A stretch of 26,465 bases of DNA from a virus (taxonomy: Duplodnaviria > Caudoviricetes). The translations under genes and the position numbers were made by a program. The DNA lies in the IMG/VR virus record IMGVR_UViG_3300017902_000417, positions 1-26,465 of that record, one strand, 5' to 3'. Each line of letters begins with the position of its first letter. Within the stretch, counting starts at the first letter, position 1. This document shows positions 8,474 to 16,463 of this stretch, in pieces. Under the pieces are notes generated by a model, which was not told the origin of the DNA, did no database searches, and saw only the letters and a program-made list of their open reading frames with translations.

Positions 8474-10760
8474 ATTCCCCAAATGGATTTCTTTCTGAGA
8501 AGTCTACAACCTCGTCTGCTTCGGTCTCAAAAGTTTCATTTTGAGCAAACGGTATATCAGCAGAAAGGTCATTACCTGTTGATAGAATCCTGTAACTTGC
8601 AGCTGCACCAACGATTGTCTCTCCTACAGTAAAGTCACCACTTGCTGCAATAACTTTGAGAATATTATTTGCAGTATCCCAGCTAGATACATATGCACTT
8701 GTACCTGTAGATACCTGTGTTACCAACTCATCTACTTCAAACTCACCGAAGAAACTTGATGTCACTGACTCAATACCTACATATGCAGTTGTGTTAGTAT
8801 AACCAGCACCAGCGTTACTATATCTAATTTCTTTGACTGTACCTGCGGTGCTTACAACGGCTTCTGCTTGTGCGTTCTGTAGTAAAGGTATGGTTTCATT
8901 AGACTGTTGTATGTACACAGATGTAATACCGACTGTAGGTGTAAATGTATATCCTCTACCACCAGTCGTGATTCCAATAGGACCTAACACAGCCTCTGAT
9001 ATAACAGCAGTAGCAATAGCAACAGAAATAGGATTTCCCCCAGTGAATGTTACCTGTGGAGGTTCTGTGTATCCAGCGCCAGGATTTGTAATTAGTATTC
9101 TATCCACTGACTGATTTGGAACACCAGTTCTACTTGTCATGATAGCAACAGCAGTTGCCTGAGTTCCTATTGCTGGTGATTCGATAGTCATAATAGGGAC
9201 TGAGGTATATCCCCAACCCTCATAGTTGATAGTTAGTCCTGTTACAACTCTGTTTGCATCAGTTGTTGCAACCACTTGTGGGTGTTCATTATCCATCTTT
9301 CGGATAAATGAAGCGTTGCTATTTGTCTGTGCATCAGTCTCTTGTTGTGTTTCGTTCACAGGAACTTGAGTTGCAGTGGTATTTCTTAGTGCATTATCAC
9401 CAGTCAAGTTGACAGTTAGATGATCTAAGAATCCTTCAAATGATGCAGTTTGACTAGGAATGAATCCAGCACCAGCAGTGTCAGCACCTAATGTGAGAAC
9501 ATCGCCTGCAAAGAACAAGATTGGGTTTGCAGTGTTTAGAGTATTACTTACAGTTCCATTTACTGATATAGTTGCATCAGTATTGTATTGTTCTACTCTG
9601 ATAAAGTTCCAAGCATTTAGATTGAGTTGTGTGGTGTTCTCTATAGATCCAGAACCAGAAGCAAAGATTATATTACCTGTTTCTCTATAATATATCTTAA
9701 ATCTATCAGTCCACATAACTGTACCACCATTCACGGCTGGGTCAAACTTAGTGGGATACAACCAGAAACTTAATGATAGTCTACCATTACCAGTGTCTCT
9801 TGAGTCTACATTAGTTACGAACTTAAAGTTAGCACCAATTACATCTGTGACTGATGTATGATGTAGTGAATTATTGCCAAATTTAATCTGTGATGATGTG
9901 GTTAGGTTTGGTGGAGTGAATGATATAGTAGGAACACTAAGATAATTAGACCCACTACTTGTTAGAGTTACAGTATCAATACCACCTTCTGCAATAGTTA
10001 CAGTTCCAGTGGCTTGATTACCTTGTTTTGGTTTAAATATCTGGACTGTTGGAGTTCCCAAGTAGTTACCATCATTGAATAGTGGTACACGTTGAACAGA
10101 TTTTACGCCTGGAACTGTAGATGCAAGAGCCACATATCCCAAAGCATTTTCATTATCATCCTTGTCTAGTTGTAAAGTAATGATATTACCACGAGCGATG
10201 ATACCATCATCTACATCTTCACCGTTCTTATCGGTCAATCCATCTGGTAGATCAACAACCTCATCCTCAGGCTCAAAGATCTCACATCTGAACTCATACA
10301 TGAAGAGTTCATTTACTTGGTAGAATGGTACTTTTCTCTCAATATATTTGATTTCAAACAAAGCATTATCTAGAGGTAGATAAATTAGATCACCCTCTTG
10401 TGGTGATACAGCACTTGCTCTTGATTCCTCTGGGAACTTGTTTATAAAAGGAGTTATGAAGTCATCATATCTTTCTTTGGATACAACTAAAGTAATTTCA
10501 TCTTGTTCTCTGACACCAAATTTAGTGAGTACATCAGAAGGAGTTCCAAAACCATCAACGTTTACTAGATACGCTTCCAATCTAAAACTATCATCAAACT
10601 TAGAAGCAGTAATTTCTCTAATCACTGTATTCTGATTGATGATCTTTCTAGGTAAATATAGGATATCTTGACCGAACAACTGCAAGTGTTCGTTCACCAA
10701 GTCTTGAACTAGTCTTTGTTCACTTGGAGATCCATTTAAAAAGAAGGGTGATAAAGGCAT
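8469..10760 (-). CDS. g14: Neck protein gp14, extended by repeat and lectin-like insertions
   Basis: N-terminal EQRLVQDLVNEHLQLFGQDILYLPR, KFGV, PQEGDLIYLP, FEIKYIE..PFYQ; C-terminal DFSERNPFG. Lies between g13 and g15. Confidence 0.92.
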   Translation of the reverse strand: MPLSPFFLNGSPSEQRLVQDLVNEHLQLFGQDILYLPRKIINQNTVIREITASKFDDSFRLEAYLVNVDGFGTPSDVLTKFGVREQDEITLVVSKERYDDFITPFINKFPEESRASAVSPQEGDLIYLPLDNALFEIKYIERKVPFYQVNELFMYEFRCEIFEPEDEVVDLPDGLTDKNGEDVDDGIIARGNIITLQLDKDDNENALGYVALASTVPGVKSVQRVPLFNDGNYLGTPTVQIFKPKQGNQATGTVTIAEGGIDTVTLTSSGSNYLSVPTISFTPPNLTTSSQIKFGNNSLHHTSVTDVIGANFKFVTNVDSRDTGNGRLSLSFWLYPTKFDPAVNGGTVMWTDRFKIYYRETGNIIFASGSGSIENTTQLNLNAWNFIRVEQYNTDATISVNGTVSNTLNTANPILFFAGDVLTLGADTAGAGFIPSQTASFEGFLDHLTVNLTGDNALRNTTATQVPVNETQQETDAQTNSNASFIRKMDNEHPQVVATTDANRVVTGLTINYEGWGYTSVPIMTIESPAIGTQATAVAIMTSRTGVPNQSVDRILITNPGAGYTEPPQVTFTGGNPISVAIATAVISEAVLGPIGITTGGRGYTFTPTVGITSVYIQQSNETIPLLQNAQAEAVVSTAGTVKEIRYSNAGAGYTNTTAYVGIESVTSSFFGEFEVDELVTQVSTGTSAYVSSWDTANNILKVIAASGDFTVGETIVGAAASYRILSTGNDLSADIPFAQNETFETEADEVVDFSERNPFGEF

Positions 10761-11578
10761 TATCCAACAAAGTCTAGTGGTGGCATTGCATATTCTTGCA
10801 TTAACTTCTCATCGAGTTTTTCTAACTCCATGACAGCATCATCATATATCTGTCTACCATTTAGTTCTAGTCCTCCAGGCAGTTTTACACCAGTGAACTT
10901 AATGAGGTTCTGACCCCATTGACGTTTGATTAGTGAAGTGGTATACTGCTTAAGCCAATGATCGTTATATACATTTGATTCGCTTTGTGGGTCAACCACT
11001 CGATAACAATCTATGATTAGAAAATGATTATCAGTGAGTTCTTTTACATTCAAATCTAAGTATAATCTACTATTCTTTTTGTTAAATCTTATTTGAACAT
11101 CTGGATTGAGCATGTAATCAAGAGTCTCTAAGTATGATTTCACCATACCGTAATTGAGTAAATCAATTGCTCCGTAGTAGTATAAATCATTAAGAAAGAT
11201 CTGATACTTAAGATTGAACATACCAGCCGATATGGTTGAAGAGTCCATCTTAAATACCTTTTGAACCGCAATGACACTATCAGGTAACGGTAGATAGTTT
11301 GCACCTTCTGTGTAATCAATAGAAGTTATGCCACCAAATGTACTTGTTGCAGTGGTTGTTGAAGCAGTTCCGACCATAATGTCTTTTTCTGCTTGTGTAA
11401 TTTTATGCTTCAAGAAAACTCTATCAATACCTTCACCATGTCTCTCGTGATACAATTGGATGGCATCATCAATCAAATCATCAATTTGATCGTCATCAAC
11501 ATTGATTTCCAGAACTGGCTTTCCGAGTTTCCTAAGAGCGTATTCTTTCAAATCTTCTTTACTACTGGGTTTTGCCAC
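10760..11578 (-). CDS. g13: Neck protein gp13
   Basis: GTG start; LKEYALRKLGKPVLEINVDDDQIDDLIDDA, WLKQY..LIKRQWGQNLIKF.GVKLPGG.ELNGRQIYDDA. Confidence 0.95.
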   Translation of the reverse strand: MAKPSSKEDLKEYALRKLGKPVLEINVDDDQIDDLIDDAIQLYHERHGEGIDRVFLKHKITQAEKDIMVGTASTTTATSTFGGITSIDYTEGANYLPLPDSVIAVQKVFKMDSSTISAGMFNLKYQIFLNDLYYYGAIDLLNYGMVKSYLETLDYMLNPDVQIRFNKKNSRLYLDLNVKELTDNHFLIIDCYRVVDPQSESNVYNDHWLKQYTTSLIKRQWGQNLIKFTGVKLPGGLELNGRQIYDDAVMELEKLDEKLMQEYAMPPLDFVG

Positions 11579-11604
11579 AACCTCTCCACATTAGTTCTCC
11601 GAAG

Positions 11605-11612
11605 TATTTAGT
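11605..11612 (-). promoter_or_regulatory. Putative late promoter (ACTAAATA) upstream of g13
   Basis: CTAAATA motif in the 37-nt divergent gap, about 26 nt upstream of the g13 GTG. Confidence 0.55.
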
Positions 11613-11615
11613 TAT

Positions 11616-12314
11616 ATGAAAAAGTATTTTATTGATGAAGAGAAAACCTTTGCAATCAATGAAGAGTTGGGAGCTAGGGTAGAATTGATGGGTTGGCAAG
11701 AAACTCCCATAGTTTACATTGACAATTTTTACAAGAATCCAGACAAGGTAAGGAACCTCGCACTCAGATGCCCAGGCACCAACAACCCAAGAGTATGTGG
11801 TAATTTGCCTGGTGTAAGAGTCGATATGAACATGAATCTTGATCATATGCACGAAGTTTGGCAACAGATAGGAGAAAATGTATATGGATTGGAAATGGGA
11901 GAGATCAAGACATTTAAACAAGCATGCTTGAATGTACCTTTCTCTGTCAACGTAACACAGTCTAATTTCAGAAATAAGACACCACATATAGATTATCCCT
12001 TAGAATACGAAACAAGGGGATTTGCTGGTCTTATATACCTCAATAAACCAGAAGAATGTAAGGGTGGTACTGGGTTCTATACATATAAAGGACAGCAAGT
12101 TAACCCTGATCAAGATGGGATATGGAGAGAAGAATATGTTTCAGATAGTGTAGGTCCATGGGATTTGATACACCTTGCTGAGATGAAATATAATAGAATG
12201 ATTATGTATCCAGACCAAATTCTCCACGGTTCATATGACAAACCAGGCTTCTTTGAAGGTGACACTTACCGATTAGTCCAAGTATTTTTTATACCATTAC
12301 ATTTTCCTATATGA
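11616..12314 (+). CDS. DUF6445-like putative 2OG-Fe(II) oxygenase-fold protein
   Basis: IDNFYKNPDKVR, PHID (HxD), LIYLNKPEECKGGTGFY, MKYNRMIMY, LHG, RLVQVFF. Paralog of 21517-22179. Confidence 0.75.
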   Translation: MKKYFIDEEKTFAINEELGARVELMGWQETPIVYIDNFYKNPDKVRNLALRCPGTNNPRVCGNLPGVRVDMNMNLDHMHEVWQQIGENVYGLEMGEIKTFKQACLNVPFSVNVTQSNFRNKTPHIDYPLEYETRGFAGLIYLNKPEECKGGTGFYTYKGQQVNPDQDGIWREEYVSDSVGPWDLIHLAEMKYNRMIMYPDQILHGSYDKPGFFEGDTYRLVQVFFIPLHFPI

Positions 12315-13120
12315 TTATTCTTACAGGTTATCAAGGTTTTATAGGTCAAGCATTTAAAAAGAGACTTGATCCAGAAAACCTTTACAGAATTGAACAAAGT
12401 GGTGCATTTGATTTTTTAAATCAATATGATAAGTGGGATGAAGTAGAGATGATTATACATCAGGGAGCTATATCAAGTACAACAGAAACAGATGTAAATA
12501 AGATCCACAAGTATAACGTAGAGTTTTCTATTGCACTATTTGAGAAAGCAATAGAATATTCTATCCCAGTCAAATATGCCTCATCTGCATCTGTGTATGG
12601 TAAGATTCATAGTGAGTATGGATATCTAAAAAAAACTATCAATCCATTAAACTTCTATGCACTATCAAAGGCAACTGTAGATTACTGGGTCATGGATAAT
12701 ATGGATAGGTTTGAACAAGTACAAGGATTTAGATACTTCAACGTATATGGAGAAGGCGAAGAACATAAAGGAGATCAAGCAAGTCCAGTAAGTAAGTTCA
12801 CTTTACAAGCAAAACAAAATAAGATAATTAAAATATTTGAAGATTCTGAATATTCCTTTAGAGATTTTGTGTGGGTAGGAGACGTAGTAGATGTTGTCCT
12901 AGATAATACGGCAGGGAGCGGCATCTATGATGTTGGGACTGGCAATCCTATCTCATTTCTTGAGATTGCAGAATTGATTGCCAAAAAAGAAGGGGCGGAG
13001 ATTGAAGTAATCCCCTTCCCCAAACATCTAGAGGGTAAGTATCAAGAATATACATGTGCAGATACCTCATGGTATTCACATGATTATACTTCTGTATTAG
13101 AATACATTGGTATGTCGTAG
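12311..13120 (+). CDS. hldD: ADP-L-glycero-D-manno-heptose 6-epimerase (extended SDR)
   Basis: TGYQGFIG, IHQGAISSTTE, YASSASVYG, YALSK (YxxxK), GFRYFNVYGEGEEHKGDQAS and IPFPKHLEGKYQEYTCAD match HldD/RfaD-specific segments. Confidence 0.88.
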   Translation: MIILTGYQGFIGQAFKKRLDPENLYRIEQSGAFDFLNQYDKWDEVEMIIHQGAISSTTETDVNKIHKYNVEFSIALFEKAIEYSIPVKYASSASVYGKIHSEYGYLKKTINPLNFYALSKATVDYWVMDNMDRFEQVQGFRYFNVYGEGEEHKGDQASPVSKFTLQAKQNKIIKIFEDSEYSFRDFVWVGDVVDVVLDNTAGSGIYDVGTGNPISFLEIAELIAKKEGAEIEVIPFPKHLEGKYQEYTCADTSWYSHDYTSVLEYIGMS

Positions 13121-13698
13121 TTATAATTTATAAAGGCTGTTAGTACATATTTGTCATGGGATATATTTTTATTAGATCCATGTGGAAATATCCAGTTGCA
13201 TGGGAATAATAATATTTTACCCATCTCGCATTTACATCCAATATTCCAATCAGGAAAGAATGTCTCCCCACCTTCTTCTACATCATTGAGATAGATGATA
13301 CAACCAAATAATCTTGATATAGTTCCTCCATCGCCTTGATCTACATGTGTTTTAAATATGCCTTCACCTTTAGGATAAACTCTTATTGTATAATCTAATA
13401 TTGCAAGTTCTGCTGCTGGTAATACTGGTAATTGTTTTCTGTAATTCATATATGCGTCTTGAATTACTTGGGTCATCAAGTTTGCATACTTATGACCAGG
13501 CTCAAACATGAATTGAGTACAATTTTTATGATCTTTATTTACTAACTTACCTTTATATTCTCCATTGAGAAAGTGTTCTACTTTACCATCATCATGTTTA
13601 TCTTCATTTTCCCAAAAATATTTTATCAACTCATCACACTGTTCTTGAGAAAGAACGTTTCTCTCAACATATAACATGTCTGCTATTCTTTCTATCAT
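13084..13698 (-). CDS. 2OG-Fe(II) oxygenase, prolyl 4-hydroxylase-like
   Basis: HVD (HxD), IIYLNDVEEGGETFF, FPHG and a KY terminal motif. Confidence 0.85.
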   Translation of the reverse strand: MIERIADMLYVERNVLSQEQCDELIKYFWENEDKHDDGKVEHFLNGEYKGKLVNKDHKNCTQFMFEPGHKYANLMTQVIQDAYMNYRKQLPVLPAAELAILDYTIRVYPKGEGIFKTHVDQGDGGTISRLFGCIIYLNDVEEGGETFFPDWNIGCKCEMGKILLFPCNWIFPHGSNKNISHDKYVLTAFINYNYDIPMYSNTEV

Positions 13699-14096
13699 AT
13701 CAAATCGCCAGGCATAATCCTATGTGAATCAGTATCCATATGTTCTGTACTAAACTCAAATAGTTCAGTATCTTCTAATGCAAACATACGATGCTTGAGA
13801 CCAATAGGCACATGAAACTTATCTCCTCTTCTTAGTATTGTTATCTCAGCTTTTTCTATATCGTCATCCCAACCATGATATAATTTTATCTTACCACTTT
13901 GTACAAAAAATACTTCGTCTTTTAATTTATGATAGTGCCATGAACACTGTTTATCCTTTGCAATAAACAAAAGTTTACCACAATACTTCTCGCAGTTTGC
14001 AATCCATTTTTCATATCCCCATCCCTTCGGCACATACTTTATAGGTTCTGCTGCACGGGCATTACGAGGTCTTCTACTTGGTCCTAAAGAACTCAT
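13695..14096 (-). CDS. Cupin protein (sugar isomerase-like, mannose-6-phosphate/lyxose isomerase type)
   Basis: KGWGYEKW, SWHYHKLKDEVF (HxH...E) and GDKFHVPIGLKHR cupin motifs. Confidence 0.8.
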   Translation of the reverse strand: MSSLGPSRRPRNARAAEPIKYVPKGWGYEKWIANCEKYCGKLLFIAKDKQCSWHYHKLKDEVFFVQSGKIKLYHGWDDDIEKAEITILRRGDKFHVPIGLKHRMFALEDTELFEFSTEHMDTDSHRIMPGDLI

Positions 14097-14409
14097 CAGA
14101 ATTCACTCCTTTGTCATCAATAAAGAAATCAGCGTGTGGTTTACCTAAGATCAGAGTGTGATATTTACATCCCCAATCACTAAGTTGTTGTTCTGTAAGA
14201 TCAAATAATAGAGCAGATGCTTTTACGCTTGCATCTGGATCATCACCAAATCGACCCATACCTCTTGCGGTAAAGTAAGTGATATAATGACCTTCATCAT
14301 ACAACTTATTTATGACAGCAATCCGATCCCACCATGGCATTGCCTTGGAGTAATCTCTACCCACAGTAGGACTACAAATAGTTCCATCAATATCAACACA
14401 GTATCTCAT
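14074..14409 (-). CDS. Small HAD-superfamily phosphatase (capsule-biosynthesis phosphatase-like)
   Basis: Motif I VDIDGTI, motif II FTARG, GKP, motif IV IDDK; 111 aa, capless. Confidence 0.82.
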   Translation of the reverse strand: MRYCVDIDGTICSPTVGRDYSKAMPWWDRIAVINKLYDEGHYITYFTARGMGRFGDDPDASVKASALLFDLTEQQLSDWGCKYHTLILGKPHADFFIDDKGVNSDEFFRTK

Positions 14410-15107
14410 TTTTGAACTTCCATATAATAAATGTCTTGGTATTGGATACTTTCTATTTTGGCAGTGATTCTAAGTCCAGCTTCTTCAACCATTGGTTTGA
14501 ATGTATCTACATTAGATCCACCTGAGTGGAGTTGTAAACATATTCTACCACCATCACTTAATCTTGTCGATAGTTGATTAAACATATCTCTATGAGCATC
14601 CCATTTTGGATCTAATAAAATTTCTGATAGATGATCATTAAAAATAGGACTACCCATAGCACTTAGAGCTTTTATTGCATCTTCTTCATTTTCAAAATGA
14701 GGAGGATTACCTACAACTAAATCTATCTTTTCATCTTCTGGTAATACTGAACAATTATCTGAGTGATATATTTCTGTACGAGGAAAGACTCTTCTATGAT
14801 ATATTTTTTCAGTATCCGACATGTCTATAATTTTGATAAAAGAATTCTCAGAAGTCTTTTTTGCTACAGTTATTGCTGGTTCAAATTTATCTAATAGTGT
14901 AAGACGATCACATATATTACAAGCCATCATTCCATAACCTATAAATCCAGGCCCACTACACCACTCCATGATGTGATGAACTCTGCCGTAATATTGATTT
15001 ACTAAATCCAAATATTCTGAAAAGAAATGATCTCCGCCACCATTTGTTTCTGGTGTGTAAAAAATATCAGATCCATTTACTCTCCAAATATATTCAATAT
15101 TCGTCAT
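14406..15107 (-). CDS. SAM-dependent methyltransferase with an NPPx motif (HemK/MTS-like)
   Basis: Motif I EWCSGPGFIG and motif IV DLVVGNPPHF. Confidence 0.8.
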   Translation of the reverse strand: MTNIEYIWRVNGSDIFYTPETNGGGDHFFSEYLDLVNQYYGRVHHIMEWCSGPGFIGYGMMACNICDRLTLLDKFEPAITVAKKTSENSFIKIIDMSDTEKIYHRRVFPRTEIYHSDNCSVLPEDEKIDLVVGNPPHFENEEDAIKALSAMGSPIFNDHLSEILLDPKWDAHRDMFNQLSTRLSDGGRICLQLHSGGSNVDTFKPMVEEAGLRITAKIESIQYQDIYYMEVQK

Positions 15108-15306
15108 CAGGAACTTCTTCCATCTCTAATTCATGAATCATATCATGAAATACTTCATGTTCTCCAATACGATATAGATGTTTCATCTCGCCATCTTTAT
15201 CTTTTGACTCTCCCAAATATGCTATGTCTTCACATGTATGTTCTCTCAGCCAAGCTTGTAATCTCAGGTGCATTAAGTCCGCTTTGCTTACCGCTATCTT
15301 GTCCAT
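15094..15306 (-). CDS. Small acidic hypothetical protein
   Basis: 70 aa, GGAG Shine-Dalgarno 6 nt upstream of the ATG. Fills the gap between the kinase and methyltransferase genes and overlaps the kinase tail. Confidence 0.65.
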   Translation of the reverse strand: MDKIAVSKADLMHLRLQAWLREHTCEDIAYLGESKDKDGEMKHLYRIGEHEVFHDMIHELEMEEVPDDEY

Positions 15307-16075
15307 TTCTTGCTCCGTATAGTGATTCTATATCATCCCGATTTAAGTAATAAGCGCCAGGATGTGTTACTGAAATTGCAGCAGCTCTATTTGCTAAATC
15401 AATAGACTTCTGCATGTTTTGGGTTTTTAAAAATTCATAGACTAGAGCCGCCATAAAAGTGTCTCCAGCGCCACACACATCAAATACTTTAACTACTTGT
15501 GGTAGAAATTTCATACCAGCCCATGTTGCACCACCAGACCCTAAAGTAACTATAAGATGAGTTTCATTAGGTATATGACTTTTATCTAAGAGATCATATT
15601 CTTTTTTGTTTATTTTCCAGAATACATTATCTTTTTGAAAAAGTTTACGCTTCTTAGTGTCTACGAATATTGGTCTGTTGATATTGTGACATATGTGCCA
15701 TAGGTCATCATCACTGATGTATCCTTTGTCATAATCAGAAATAACAACGGCATCAGGATTCATGTGCATCAATCCCATTTTTAGTTCAGCATTTGCAATT
15801 CTACCCACTTGTGGAGTTTCATCCAAACGCATCAACTGATAACCACTATTGGTATCTATGAATCTAGTTTTTGTTATTTGTTCTCTTTGAGAGAGTAGAA
15901 GAGTGTTAACACCAAATGCTTTGAGATTGACTTCAACATTAGCAGCCATACCAGGCCTTTCTTCTATTGTAGTTTGATCTAGGACAGGAACTGGTTGTTC
16001 TGGACTGAGCCTGGTGGTCTCACCGAAGATATACTTATCTGTACACTTATCTCCTATAACAATTACGTTAGGCAC
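15230..16075 (-). CDS. hldA: PfkB-family D-glycero-D-manno-heptose-7-phosphate kinase (HldE/RfaE domain I)
   Basis: IGDKCTDKYIFGETTRLSPEQPVPV (compare HldE GDVMLDRY..G...RISPEAPVPV), GMAANV, SDYDKG, VFDVCGAGDTF. Confidence 0.87.
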   Translation of the reverse strand: MPNVIVIGDKCTDKYIFGETTRLSPEQPVPVLDQTTIEERPGMAANVEVNLKAFGVNTLLLSQREQITKTRFIDTNSGYQLMRLDETPQVGRIANAELKMGLMHMNPDAVVISDYDKGYISDDDLWHICHNINRPIFVDTKKRKLFQKDNVFWKINKKEYDLLDKSHIPNETHLIVTLGSGGATWAGMKFLPQVVKVFDVCGAGDTFMAALVYEFLKTQNMQKSIDLANRAAAISVTHPGAYYLNRDDIESLYGARNGQDSGKQSGLNAPEITSLAERTYM

Positions 16076-16463
16076 GGATCTTATCTATGATGTGAGTTGT
16101 TGAATAATTTAATCTTGGAAGAAATCTGACTTCTTTAGCATATTGTATGCCAACGATATCTCCTCCTTTCCAATCATCACCCAGTAATAGTATATCAGGT
16201 GAATACAATTCTATCAACCCCTCTAATTCTTTTCTGTCATTGAAGTAAAATACTTCGTCAATATATTTTATCGCTTGTAACATCGAAATTCTGTCACAAA
16301 GATTGTTGATGGGCTTAGACGCACCTTTATCTTGACGTATCTTTTCATCTGTATCTGTTGCAACTATGAGTTTATCTCCCAAAGATTTCCCAACTTTGAA
16401 TAATTCTATGTGGCCTGGGTGTAGGATATCAAATGTTCCGTTACACCATACGATTCTGTTCAT
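16068..16463 (-). CDS. hldC: Heptose-1-phosphate adenylyltransferase-like nucleotidyltransferase (HldE/RfaE domain II, cytidylyltransferase fold)
   Basis: NGTFDILHPGH (HxGH), KGASKPIN...R, GDDW, YSTTHII. Adjacent to the kinase. Confidence 0.83.
   Translation of the reverse strand: MNRIVWCNGTFDILHPGHIELFKVGKSLGDKLIVATDTDEKIRQDKGASKPINNLCDRISMLQAIKYIDEVFYFNDRKELEGLIELYSPDILLLGDDWKGGDIVGIQYAKEVRFLPRLNYSTTHIIDKIRA

Noticed and set aside
1535-11611. Many short plus-strand ORFs antisense to g19, g18, g17, g15, g14 and g13
   Set aside because: They are shadow frames of well-supported structural genes and show no motifs of their own.
11562-11987. 141-aa minus-strand ORF upstream of g13
   Set aside because: It is antisense to the motif-bearing DUF6445-like gene and has no recognisable features.
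15230-15306. 77-nt overlap between the kinase tail and the 70-aa ORF, suggesting a frameshift or fusion
   Set aside because: The kinase domain is complete before the overlap and the small ORF has its own Shine-Dalgarno, so a simple C-terminal extension is more likely.
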